DNA of 64,000 nucleotides from Octopus vulgaris. Lineage: Eukaryota. The stretch spans positions 35,154,001 through 35,218,000 of the forward strand of contig OX597831.1 in assembly GCA_951406725.2 (NCBI GenBank), read 5' to 3'. Position numbers and translations under genes: made by a program. Below are positions 26,895 through 38,712 of the stretch, one piece after another. Each line of letters starts with the position of its first letter. Within the stretch, counting starts at the first letter, position 1. The notes beneath the pieces are model-generated. The model saw only the letters and a list, made by a program, of their open reading frames with translations. It was not told where the DNA came from and ran no database searches.

Positions 26895-27421
26895 AGCAAA
26901 AGTGAGATCGCAGCTATGCATATCTGGCCCTGTTAAGAGTACCCCCTGATGCATCGTGTGATCTGATATGCTTGAGAAGACCTGCTGAGTCAAGTAAAAC
27001 CAATATCGTAGCTGTGGCCAGTGCCCCCTGACTGGCTCCCAAGCTGGTGGCATGTAAAAAGCACCATCCGAACATGGCCAATGCTAGTACCCCCTGACTG
27101 GCTCTTGTGCTGGTGGCATGTGAAAAGCACCACCCAAATGTGGCTGATGCCAGTACCCACTGACTGGCTCCCATGCCGGTGGTACGTAATAAGCGTTATC
27201 TGAATGTGATCAATGCCAGACTCACCTGACTGGCTCCTGTGCCAGTGACGCATAAAAAAGCACTCACTACACTCTCAGAGTGGTTGGTGTTAGGAAGGGC
27301 ATCCAGCTGTAGAAACATTGCCAGATCAGACTGGAGTCTGGAGCCACTGGCTCTCCAGACCTCAGTCAAACCGTTCAACCTATGCCAGTCTGGAAAACAG
27401 ATGTTAAACGATGATGATGAT
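26895..27421 (+). mobile_element. Family D retroposon (long copy)
   Basis: Four internal repeat units and a (GAT)n tail. Other copies at ~7543-7665, 9849-10002, 15876-16111, 25500-25826, 36312-36476, 44669-44775 and 58481-58790. Confidence 0.8.
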
Positions 27422-27530
27422 GCAATAAGGTGTACTTTTTTTTTCAAAAAAAGGTCTAAAAAACACAAATGACCCAAGGTGCTACATTCATAGTTGTTTT
27501 AACCCTTATGTTTTTATTTTTGTGTCTTTA

Positions 27531-27730
27531 ACCCTTTAGCATTTAAACTGGTCACATCTAAACCAGATATTCTACCTGCTTCGTTTTTAAACTAGCCAGA
27601 TGTGGCTTCTCACACCTACCCTACAATGTCATTCTAAAATTGAAATTTCGAAGTTGTAGAATAATGATTAATTCAAAAGAATGTGAATAAATAATCATCA
27701 CATTTGACATTAATCTGAATGCTTCAAAGG
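27531..27730. mobile_element. Second TTAA MITE family
   Basis: TTAA|CCCTTTAGCATT ... AATGCTTCAAAGG terminal inverted repeat, decayed at the right end. Confidence 0.55.
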
Positions 27731-27949
27731 TTTACTGTTAAATGCTTTGATGCATCTAATAAGCATGTGTGTCTTTTATGATGTCAAATTCAGTAACTGA
27801 CTGTATCTGTTTCTGTTATTGGTTAGCTTGAAGTCAACCTTGATCAAAGGTGTTCTTGCTGTGATTATAATAAAGTCAACTTCTTCTCTGTGAAATTTGG
27901 CATTGTGTTTATGCGTCTAGTTCAAAGAATTAAAACTTATGCAGTAAAA

Positions 27950-28700
27950 TAAATTCCTTGCAATGCTCTGGAGTAATTGTTGATACATTTTGTTACCTAG
28001 GTGACCTAGTGAACTGAAAGCAGTGGGGTTCTGTAAAGCATAGCTGCCAGAATTAGAAAAGGGTAGTAAGTTCAGGGAGGTGTTGCCTCTGCTAACAACA
28101 AGGGGGTTCTCTTTCTGAGCAAAAGGTAAATTGTATATTGTATGAGGTGTAATACTGCATGGCAATGGGGACATGGACACTGAATACAGAAGATGTATGA
28201 AAGCTGGAAATAAATAAAGCAGACATGGCCTGCTGGATGTTTACTATGCAGGATCTCTCGATAGACTCTCAGATTTGCTATAGAAATTGCATGGAGTTCT
28301 TCCACCTTGATGCAACCTTCCCGTTTTTATAATGGTCCTAGTAATATTCCTTTCTACTATAGGCACAAGACCTGAAACTTTGGAGTAGGAACCTGTTGAT
28401 TTCATCGACCTCCAATGTTTGACTGGTACTTACCCTATCGAACCCAAAGAGATGAAAGGCAAAGTTGACCTCAACATAAAGATAGGTGGAATACTGCTAA
28501 GCATTTTGTCAAGCATGCTAATGATTCTCCCAGCTTTGCCACCCTTTTGTTGACCTGGTAATATTACTGTGTAATGTTTCCTGTCATGAACAGCGAGGCA
28601 CAGATGAGCTGTGAGAATCTTGGGTACAAAAAGAACCAGTTGTGTTGTGCAAGGGCAATGGCTATGCTGGTATGGACATGTAATATGTATAGATACTGAC
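27950..28700 (+). mobile_element. Degenerate RTE/BovB RT fragments, interrupted by a SINE at ~28345-28545
   Basis: VDTFCYLGDLV, KFREVLPLLTT, AKGKLY, ILHGNGTW, then CNVS...CCVQ...WYGHV motifs with stops and frameshifts. Confidence 0.7.
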
Positions 28701-29375
28701 TGGTGAGTGTAAAAAGTACAATGGGCTTCTTTTCAGTTTCTATCTACCAAAGCCATTCATAAGGCTTTGTTTGGCCTACTGCTATAGTACAAGACACCCG
28801 AGGTGCCGTGTAGTGAGATGGGACTGAACCTGATACCACTTGGTTGGGAAGCAAGCTGTTAGTTCCACACACTAAAAGCCTTTACTTCGTACTTCTAAAA
28901 CGAAATCAATATTGTGAGCTGTTTTGTGTAACAGAGTATTCCAAAGCATGAAAGCAAGTTTCCTGTGGAAATCAATTCACATCATTCAAGCTTTTAATGT
29001 CCTTGGAACAAGTATCAACGTCACTACTTCCTATTAACCTCTGACCTAAAAATAAGGCTTTTGTGACTCATCCTCTGTTCATAATAGGCAATTCTTCCGT
29101 TCTTTCTCTCTATCTCTTTCTCTCTATCTCTTTCTCTCTATCTCTCTATCTCTTTCCATTTTAATTAGGTATTTTTTATTTCGTTTTGTAGTTTAAACTT
29201 TAATTATTTGAAAAAAGGGAAGCTGCTTTATGTATTTGCAATTTTTCTTTTAGTTCCCCATTAAAAATATTCCCTATTAAATATGTTCTCCATTGTGATC
29301 ATTCCTCTTTCAAAATACTCCTGTACTTCCCACCCCGCTCACAATTGCTGGCCTTGTGCCTACTTCAGAAAGAAC

Positions 29376-29606
29376 TACTACAACTTCTACTGCTGCTGCT
29401 GCTACTATTATTACTACTATTGCTGCTTCTACTACTACTACTGCTACTACTACTACTGCTTCTGTTGCTGCTGCTGCTGCTACTACTACTACTACTGCTT
29501 CTGTTGTCGCTGCTGCTACTACTACTACTACTACTACTACTATTGCTGCTGCTGCTACTACTACTACTACTACCACCACTACTACTACTACTACTGCTGC
29601 TGCTGC
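29376..29606. repeat. Compound (CTA)n/(CTG)n trinucleotide repeat
   Basis: Read directly from the sequence; source of the poly-L/T/Y/S ORFs. Confidence 0.95.
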
Positions 29607-30092
29607 CTATTTTCATAGCATGCTTTCATTGTGCTACTCAGTACAGCACTGTGTGCCTTGGCTGTGTGCAGTAAATTTCCTGTTACACTGAAATTGCTCT
29701 GCTTTGATATTTGTGCTGTGCTCAAGGCAGGCAAGCCGGCAGAATTGTTAGCATGCCAGGCAAAATACTTAAGAAGCAGTGTGCCCATCATTATGTTCTG
29801 AGTTCAAACTCCACCGAGTTCAGCTTTGGTTTTCATCATTTCGAGGTTGATAAAATAAAGTAGCTGTTGGGCACAGGGGTCGATGTAATCGACTTACACC
29901 CCCGTACCCTGAAAATACTGGCCTTGTGTTGAAATTTCTAACCAATATTTGTGCAGTGCTCACAGGTGTCTTCTATTCGTTAGTTGTGCATGTTTGCAAA
30001 TCCTGGGGCTTCAGTTCTGTATCTGACCATATCGTTACTAGCAGGGCTGTGGAGTCAAAACAAAAAACTTCGACTCCGACTCTGACTCCTGT

Positions 30093-31472
30093 CATCATCA
30101 TTGTTCGACCGTGGTCGAGACAATGGAATTTACCATGTTGCGCCAGACTTCACGGTCCATCATAGCATTACGGAGGTCCTGTTGCTGGATGCCTGTATCC
30201 CTGGAGATTACATCAGGGTAGGAGAGTGTGCGCCCTCTGGTGTTGCGAGTAGATGGCTTCCAGAGGAGAAGAGTAGAAATTACTTCTTTTTCAGCTCTAC
30301 AACAATGTCCAGCAAACTGGACTCTCCTACCCTTCACAAGAGATGACACAGGTGGTAATTTCCCATATATTTGCATTTTAGTTGGATGGCGCCTCCACGA
30401 GAGATTTTGAGCTCTCATAAGGAGGCGAGTGTAGGTTCCATCCAACCGCCTCTCAAGCTTCTTTGATAACGTCCAGGTTTCTGAGCCATATAGTAGGATT
30501 GGTTCGACTGTGGCTTTGAATATTTCAAGTTTGAAGTCTCTACTTAGATTTGATGACCAGATCTTATGCATGTCATTACAGGCTGACCAGGCCATACCCT
30601 TTCTAGTTAGAAAGTCTTTTCCAGATGATGATATGTATGACCCAAGATATTTATAATCAGAAACTATATTTAAAGGTGCACTGTTGAGAGTGTGGATGAT
30701 GCAATCACTGTTGGACAGGCACTTGTTTATGTATTCAGTTTTGGTCTCATTAAGGTAAAGACCTACACAATTTGAGGCTTGTTCAAGAGATTGTAAAAGA
30801 GACTGGGCATTGGAGAGAGAATCACTGATAAGAGCGATGTCGTCAGCAAAGTCAGTGTCTGTCAAGTACTCAGCTGGGTGTCTGGAACTTCTTCTTGGTT
30901 TTATTTCAAAGCCCTTGCCAGAGATGGTATCAACTGACATACGTAGCACATAATCAACAACAATGATGAAAAGAAATGGGGCGAGTGTGTCTCCCTGCAG
31001 TATTCCGGCCTCGATCGAGAAAGATGATGTTTCTCCATCAGGGGTTAAGATGGTTGAAGACGTATCTGTGTAGAGGACCTTGATGGCAGAAATAATTTTG
31101 TCTGGTATCCCATAGAGCTTAAGGATTTCAAACATCTTGCACCTATCTACAGAATCGAACGCTTTAGAAAAGTCTACAAATACCATTGCAAGATCGCGAT
31201 TAAATGCTTTTGATTCTTCAATAAGTCTGCGCAGGCATAGTATCTGCAACCACACACTTTCCACCTTTGTCGCTCCAAAGATTTGGCACCAGTCTCAAAT
31301 CATTCCAATACCCAAAAAAGGCGATTTGTCCCTCGTCACCAACTACAGGGGCATATCTCTAATGTCAATTGCTGCAAAACTGTACAACAAACTGATCCTA
31401 AATCGTCTTGTCCTTTTTGTTGAACCTTTGCTCCGAAAGAACCAAAATGGATTCAGACATGGGCGCTCAACG
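30093..31472 (-). mobile_element. 5'-truncated, 5'-inverted RTE/RTE-X clade LINE with 11-bp TSD
   Basis: Minus-strand RT ORF ending EQ-stop directly into a (TGA)n tail. The upstream RT segment lies on the + strand at ~31245-31475. TSD CTGACTCCTGT at 30082-30092 and 31473-31483. Confidence 0.95.
30098..31246 (-). CDS. LINE reverse transcriptase, C-terminal ~380 aa, uninterrupted
   Basis: Motifs FVDFSKAFDSV, GILQGDTLAPFLF, DFADDIAL, YKYLGS, LLYGSETW, VQFAGHC, GRTLSYPD. No stops or frameshifts. The 'MESVW' start in the ORF track comes from the inversion junction. Confidence 0.95.
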   Translation of the reverse strand, partial: QILCLRRLIEESKAFNRDLAMVFVDFSKAFDSVDRCKMFEILKLYGIPDKIISAIKVLYTDTSSTILTPDGETSSFSIEAGILQGDTLAPFLFIIVVDYVLRMSVDTISGKGFEIKPRRSSRHPAEYLTDTDFADDIALISDSLSNAQSLLQSLEQASNCVGLYLNETKTEYINKCLSNSDCIIHTLNSAPLNIVSDYKYLGSYISSSGKDFLTRKGMAWSACNDMHKIWSSNLSRDFKLEIFKATVEPILLYGSETWTLSKKLERRLDGTYTRLLMRAQNLSWRRHPTKMQIYGKLPPVSSLVKGRRVQFAGHCCRAEKEVISTLLLWKPSTRNTRGRTLSYPDVISRDTGIQQQDLRNAMMDREVWRNMVNSIVSTTVEQ

Positions 31473-31475
31473 CTG
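31245..31475 (+). pseudogene. Inverted upstream RT segment of the same LINE
   Basis: CNHTLSTFVAPKIWHQSQIIPIPKKGDLSLVTNYRGISLMSIAAKLYNKLILNRL...NQNGFRHGRSTL, the RT region that normally comes just before QILCLRRLIEE. Confidence 0.92.
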
Positions 31476-32138
31476 ACTCCTGTACTATTGGTACCTCTGA
31501 CTCTGACTCCTCTTTATGTAATTAAGTGAGTGTGATCTACATATCTCATAAAGCATATGCATAAGCTTGTACTTTGGGTAGGTCTGGAGTCAGTATAGTT
31601 TTACTGACTCCGACTCTGACTCCATAGCCCTGATTACTAGTATTGTTTTGTTTTCACATTTTTTTCTTGCTTTTGTAATTCTTAAGGCTTGTGTTCTTAT
31701 CGGATTTCTTCATGTTATCAACAGTGAAAATATGTAGCTTAGTGGTTAGGGTGTTTGGCTGACAATCATAAGGTCCTGAGTTCGATTCCTGGCAGCACTT
31801 TGTGTCCTTGAGCAAGTCACTTTACTTCACATTGCTCCAGTCCTCTCGACCAGCAAAAATGAGCAGTACCTGTATTTCAAAGGGCCAGCCTTATCACACT
31901 CTGTGTCACACTGAATTTCCCAGAGAACTACATTAAGGGTACGCATGTCTGTGGAGTGCTCAGCCCCTTACATATAAATTTCACAAGCAGGCTGTTCCCT
32001 TGATTGGATGAACTGTAACCTTCATCATCATAACCAACAAAGTACCAGTTTATGTTTTCAATTCCCTGACATTCTGGCTATCTCTTTCCAGATTTTCATA
32101 TTTTGATCATTTTTTTCTGTTAATATCATTTTGAGAGA

Positions 32139-32545
32139 TAAGGCGGCGAGCTGGCAGAAACGTTAGCACGCCGGACAAAATACTTAGTGGTATTTTGTCT
32201 GCCGCTACATTGTGAGTTCAAATTTCGCCAAGGTTGACTTTGCCTTTCATCCTTTCAGGGTCGATTAAATAAGTACCAGTTACGCACTGGGGGCAATATA
32301 ATCAACTTAATCTGTTTTCTGTCCTTGTTTGTCCTCTCTGTGTTTAGCCGTTTGTGGCTAGTAAAGAAATAGGTATTTCATCTGTCTTTACATTCTGAGT
32401 TCAAATTCTGCCAAGGTCAGCTTTGCCTTTCATCCTTTCGGGGTTGATAAATTAAGTACCAGTTGCATACTGAGGCTGATCTAATCGACTGGCCCCCACT
32501 CCCCAAAAATTTTCAAACCTTGTGCCTAGATTAGAAAAGAATATT
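32139..32545 (+). mobile_element. SINE-B dimer (nested or tandem)
   Basis: Full copy ending AAAGAAATA, followed by GGTATTTC... a second body with a different tail. Flanked by ATTTTGAGAGATA repeats. Confidence 0.8.
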
Positions 32546-32859
32546 ATTTTGAGAGATAGGTTATCATGTGTTGGAACTGAGACTCCAGTTACTGGTGGCT
32601 CATTACAGTATCCAGTGGATTTAGTCTTGATCTCTCACTGTATGGGTTGATATATCCTGGAGTAGGATTACTTTCTCATTGGTGTATATTATTATCGCCT
32701 CTTTTCTATTGGTGTAGTTCACTATTCTAACATAACTTAAATTCTATGAAAGCTCCGGACTCTGTCATGTTTGTAGGTATATTCTTTCTTGGTTAAGAAT
32801 GAGCTCAGTGAGAGAGAGAGACAGACAGACAGAAAGACAGTCAGAAAAAGAAATAGACA

Positions 32860-33090
32860 GACACACACACACACACACACACATGTGCAGACACATACAC
32901 ACACACACACACACACACATGTGCAAACACACACACACACACGCAAACATACACACACACGTGCAAACACACACACATGCACACATGCAAAAACACACAT
33001 CTGCATACACATGCAAACACACACACACACACACATATGCAAAAACACACGCACACACATTCAAACACACACATACATGCAAGCACACAG
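32860..33090. repeat. (CA)n-rich microsatellite
   Basis: Read directly from the sequence. Confidence 0.95.
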
Positions 33091-33511
33091 AATGTGGATA
33101 AACTTTTCTTTCCTGTCTCCACACATTCTGCAGTTACTGTATTCTGCTTCGTCCCATGCTTTTAATGTTTCCTGGTGAGGAGGCTTTCATCCTGTACTGT
33201 AGTTAGATGTCCTTCAGTTGGGCCTTTGGTTCCTCCACCGTTGAGCCAGTAATGCAATTTTTCATGGTTTAATCCACACTACTTATTTATTCATCCATTC
33301 ATTCATTCATTCATTCACAAGTATTAGCCAAGCAGAAGCTTTTCTTGCAACTGCTTAAAAACAGCATTTTACAACCCCCTTTCACAATTTCTGTTGTTAT
33401 TTCACTTTTCTCTTTACATCTGTCTGTTGCTTTCACATCCTTACTCTCCTTTACAGAGTAATTACTTTGACTTTACACTCCTATTAAACTGTTTATGTCC
33501 CCCCATACAAC

Positions 33512-33572
<61 letters not shown>

Positions 33573-33974
33573 TTCACTCTCGCGTCTTAATCTGGATTAA
33601 GGTCACTCTGATACAAACTAAACCTAGATTACTAATACTGGATCTGTTTTCTCAAAGACAGAAAGCATTTATTTTGTTTATGTTTTGTAGCTATTTACAT
33701 TAGTTTTTCATTAATGTGTCCCAAATATTGTTACAGTCATGCAGCTGATATTATATAATAGTCTTCTAGTTGCATAAAGTCCCTACCTCTACGGTGTATT
33801 CTAAAGGCAGTCAGAATTATTCTTATTTTTCTCTCTAATTTTGTTTATTCATTTAACATCCAGTTGAGAATATAATAACTGTAACTTATTACAGGGACAG
33901 CCAAAGTATTCATGTCTATTACCTTATTTTTTACATTTAGCTCAGTTTTAAGTATTAATCTCAAGTGTGTGTAA

Positions 33975-34230
33975 TTCCCTTCCTAGCATTTTCTTTCATT
34001 TATGTGTGTTGTTGTCTACTTCACTAATTCCTGTGTATTTGTATGTCTTTATTTGGCCCAATTCTCTTATCTGTGTTTCTGTGTTTGACATGATATTAGT
34101 GTTCTTAATTAATTGTCCTCTCTTGAAAGTTGCTTTGGTGCACACTTTTAATCTGTCTCATGTAGATTTTTCTGATAAGTCCATGTACTGTCTGCAGCAG
34201 TGTTTCTAGTTGGTTATCTCCTGCAATGTC
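33975..34230 (-). mobile_element. Degenerate R4/Dong-like RT fragment
   Basis: DNQLETLLQTVHG...(K)CAPKATFKRGQLIKNTNI...QIRELGQIKTYKYTGI across frameshifts. Confidence 0.55.
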
Positions 34231-35035
34231 CAATTTGGTTGATTGTTCCTTCATAACATTTGTATATATCCCATTCTGGTTTATGTCACTCATTAGCTGG
34301 GTCATTAAAGAGTTGGATAGCTTGTTTAGCGGTAATTATTCTGGATCCCTGCACTTTGAGTTGAAATCCCACTGAGGTTAACTTTGATTTTCATTCTTTT
34401 CGGTTTGGTACAGGAAATAAAGTACCTGGCCAGTACAGGGGTAAATTTTTCTCTTTCTTTCACTCTTTGTTTCTCTCTCTCTCTGTCTTTCTTTCTCTCT
34501 GGAAGTCAAATATTATAGGTCAATAATATCAACAAAGTCGCCGCCATCAAATAGACTGCTGGTCTTGTGCTTAAGTTAAAAACCATTATTAAGAACATAA
34601 GCTGGCAGAATTGTTAGCATGCGGGACATATTATTAAATGACATTTCTTCCAGCTTAATGTTCTAAGTTCAAATTCCACTGGGGTTGACTTTGCCTTTCA
34701 CCCTTTCAGCCATCTCCACCCCTAAAAATAGCTGGTCTTGTGCATATAATCAAAAGAATTATTATTATTATTGTTGTTATTTTGTATTATTCATCCTTCC
34801 TTCTCTTCTGTATCTGTGGTAATAAAAGAACTTTTATCAATCCATTATTCTAGTAATAGAAAAAAAAAAAATGTATCATTAATTTATTATTATTTTATTA
34901 CTATTATTATTATAATTAACATGCCAAGTTCCATTGTGCAGTATTAAGTCAGCAATAAACCAAGTCTGACCCAGTTTCAATTCTCTTCACTACAACATTT
35001 CCTTGTTGAAAACCTGCATGCCTTTGAGGTTGGTC

Positions 35036-35095
35036 TCTATTGCTTTTGATATGTGTGTGTATGTACACACACTCACACATATCAAAAGCAATAGA
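35036..35095. repeat. 60-nt hairpin
   Basis: TCTATTGCTTTTGATATGTGTG / CACACATATCAAAAGCAATAGA, perfect 22-bp arms. Confidence 0.88.
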
Positions 35096-35144
<49 letters not shown>

Positions 35145-36766
35145 TATGAGTTAGGGGTTATGCGTCCATCTAAGGAATAAATGTATCCATAGGCATTACT
35201 GGTGTATTACTTAACTATGTATGTATATACACACACACACATACTTGCATACATATGTACATACCCTCACGTATATGCATACATATATATCTATATATAT
35301 ATGCACACACATGTACATATTTACATATAAATATATGTGTGTACATACACTATATGTGTGTTTATAATACAGCATGGAAAACTGACATTAGGATGGAAGG
35401 TTATAGTGAGACAAAGAGAGGCAGAAACAGGTGAAGGCGCATGGCCTAGTAGTTTGGGTGTTGCATTCATGATCATGAGATCATGATTTCAAATTGTGGA
35501 ACTGACATCCATCGTCTAACAACAGGAGTCCATAATATGTTACAATTTGCACAGTTTGTTAAAAGCCATGCCTAAAGGGTTACAGCATCCTTAGTGACAC
35601 TTGGGCTGTAAATATGTCTTAAATTATGTGTTTCTCTGTATAAAACTAAAAAAAAAAAAATTGTACTATTTTATGATGCTTTCCCACAACTCCATTAATT
35701 CAAAGTCAACCCTGGGGACAATTTTCTGACCTTGTGAGTCTGATGTTAGACTAAGTCTAACCTCATAGTCCTTGGTATGTCAGGCTTGTTGCTTAGACCT
35801 TGATTAGTCTGATCATTTAGTCTTTGATAAATCTAACCTTTTTGACCTTGATAAGTGTAGGGTCTTTGTTTTTTTTATAAGTTTGAACTTTTAGTCTCTG
35901 ATAAGTTTAGACTTAGTCCTTGATAGTTAAGGAAAAGAGAGAGAGAGAGAGAGAAAGCTCTTACTGAAACCATATTTAAGTTGGATGTTGATAACTGACT
36001 AATAATCAATTACATACATACTTATACATTCAGAATGTTTTACATCGTTATGCATTTGTGTTTGTCTTGTTAATGAACTTAAACCTTAATAGCAAAATTA
36101 AATTTCCTGTTTATTCCACTAATGATGTTAAATATTTACCACTTAGTTATCATTTGTGGAACTGAACTTGAAACCATGTGGTTGCCATGCCTACATCTCA
36201 TGTTAGGAATCATTTAAAAAAGAAAAACAAAAGAAACTCAGAAAATTCTTGTCACTGGATAGAGAACAAGCATAAACATAAGACATTATAAAACATATCA
36301 TCCTCCTCCTCCTCATCATCATCATCATCATTTAATGTCCACTTTTCATGCTGGCATGGGTTGGACGGTTTGACTGAGGACTGGCAACCCGGGAGGCTGC
36401 ACTAGGCTCCAATCTGATTTAGCAAGGTTTCTACAGCTGGATGCCCTTCCTCATGCCAACCACTCTGCAGAGTGTCAAGTGGAGAAAATAGAGGTGGGCT
36501 GAATATTTAGTACAAACAAATGACAACAGCTGGGTGAAGTCGTGCAAAGAAGTAGAAACTGAAAGAGGAACAGATCCATCCAGTTAGGGTGGATTGAGGA
36601 GAGGGGGAGAGAGGGAGGAAGGGAGAGAGATGAGACAGATGGGTTTATGGGCATTGATGGATGAGAGTATCACAGGGATAGGACCAGTTAGCACCAGCTT
36701 GAACGGGTCTTCAATTTGCACTTGACAAATGATGTGAACGAAGAATAAGAAACTGTATCTGCTGCT

Positions 36767-36800
<34 letters not shown>

Positions 36801-37232
36801 ATGATGATACTATCACTGCCAATTATGATGATGATGATGACGATGATTATGACAATGTTGTCTAGGACTATGTTATCCAATGTCTAAGATAAGGAATGAT
36901 CTGAGGGAGATTAGTGTTTTATTTCTATCAGATTAATCAATATTGGTTGTAATGACAATGTGTTGAACCTTCATCATCATCATCACCAATGTCTTCACCA
37001 TAATCATCATCATCATAATGCTCATGTTTCCATTCTGCAAGGATCAGATGGATTTACACCAAGGCAGATTTTCTATGGCCAGATACCCTTCCTGTCATCA
37101 GCCCTCAACCGTTTCCATGCAAGGCAATATTTCCCCAAGACCAGATATTCTTATGCAGAAGATCAGAAAAGGAGGCCATTTGTATGATGGTGACACAACT
37201 ATCAAGACAAGGAAACATAAAACACCCCCCCC

Positions 37233-37302
<70 letters not shown>

Positions 37303-37534
37303 TGCTCAGTCATATATGATTGACTTCTTTCAGTTTCCGTCTACCAAATCCATTCACAAAGCTTCAGTTCGCCTGGGACTATAGCAGAAGACACTTGCTC
37401 AAGGTACCATGCAGTGGGAGCATGAGTGCAAATTCATATATCACAATGGTCACAATGTATTCCTTGAGCAAGTCACTCAACTCTGAATACTGCTTTAATT
37501 GATAATTTAATTACAAAGAGGTATCCATCACCAT

Positions 37535-37855
37535 AATCATCATCATCATTGTTTTCACTCCTGCTCTCCGGTGCTTGCATGAGCTGGACAAGTGCTGTCC
37601 AACGCAGTATGTTGCCATTTGTTGCATTCCTTTGTCATCTCCTTCTATGAGGTTCAGCATCCCAAGATCAACTTCCACCACTGTTACCCATGTCTTCCTT
37701 GGTCTTCTTCTAAAGTTTGACTCTTACTTGGATTTCCTGGCACTTCTTCACCCGTCAATTATTATCTATGTGCATTATATCTCTGTACCAATACAGGCAT
37801 CTCTGTTGTGTACCAAAACTGATTCCTCTTACACCTAGTTCGCCTCTGGGAGGCA
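37535..37855 (-). mobile_element. Degenerate RTE/BovB 3' end with (GAT)n tail
   Basis: LGVRGI...WY...VKKCQEI...RRPRKTWVTVVEVDL, followed by CCAGCTCATGCAAGCA...AACAATGATGATG. Confidence 0.7.
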
Positions 37856-37866
37856 TCTGACTTTAA

Positions 37867-38339
37867 CCCATTTGTTACCATATTTCTGTTGAGATGCTTT
37901 GTGTTTCTTTTAATTAATTTTAAATATAATAAAGAATTTACTAAAATAACTTAGTTATCATTAAGCTAGTGTTAAGAACATAAACTGTGGCTAAGGTTTG
38001 GTGGAAGATTTTAATTCAAAACTTACGAAAATAAGACATTTGTACTACATATCCTGAGGTGGTTTCAGCTGGGTTGGTATCAAAAGGGTTTAAAATATGG
38101 TGACTTTAACCCTTTTGTTACCATATTCCTGTAGAGAATGTTCTGTGTTTCTTTCAGTTAATTTTGAATATAACAAAGAATTTAGTTAAATAACTTAGTT
38201 ATCATTAAGCTAGTGTTAGGAACATAAATTGTGACCAAGGTTTGATGGAAGATCTTAATTCAAAACTTATGAAAACAAGACATTTCTACTACAGAGCCAG
38301 AGGTGGTTTCAACCAGGTTGATATGATATATCAAAAGGG
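37867..38339. mobile_element. Two adjacent TTAA MITE copies (37867-38088, 38110-38339)
   Basis: Each has CCC...GGG termini at TTAA-like sites and the same internal sequence as 6413-6633. Confidence 0.85.
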
Positions 38340-38712
38340 TTAATGGTTCGAGTGTTGCACTCCTGATTGTAAGAATGTGGTTTCAGTTCCTGAATCAGGC
38401 AATGCGTCGTGTTCTTGAAGAAAACACTTCATTTCATGCTGCTCCAGTCCACTTGGCTGGAAAAAATTATTAATCCTGTGACTGACTGGTGTCCCGTCCA
38501 GGAGGAATATATACACTGCAGAAACCAAGTGACTGGCCTTATGAAGCTATGAGTTGGGAAGAAGATTTATCCTTTATCCTGAACCTTATGAAGATGACAG
38601 AGGGTAGCAGACTTGAAAAACAAAATTAGTACTTTATGAATTTGTTCAACTAAATAAACCCTGTGATGCATTGCCCTAGCATGGCCACAGTCTTATGACA
38701 GAAACAAGTTAA

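Larger units (their letters stand above)
30042..31632. mobile_element. hAT-type MITE (~200 bp) interrupted by the LINE
   Basis: TIRs CAGGGCTGTGGAGTC (30042) / GACTCCATAGCCCTG (ends 31632). 8-bp TSD GTTACTAG / ATTACTAG. Internal GACTCC/GACTCT subterminal repeats. Confidence 0.85.

Noticed and set aside
29283-29691. Poly-L, poly-T/A and poly-S ORFs resembling mucin or antifreeze proteins
   Set aside because: Pure CTA/CTG trinucleotide repeat with no splice or codon evidence.
31137-31529. Independent 130-aa gene overlapping the RT
   Set aside because: Chimeric frame: antisense RT plus the inverted RT segment plus MITE sequence.
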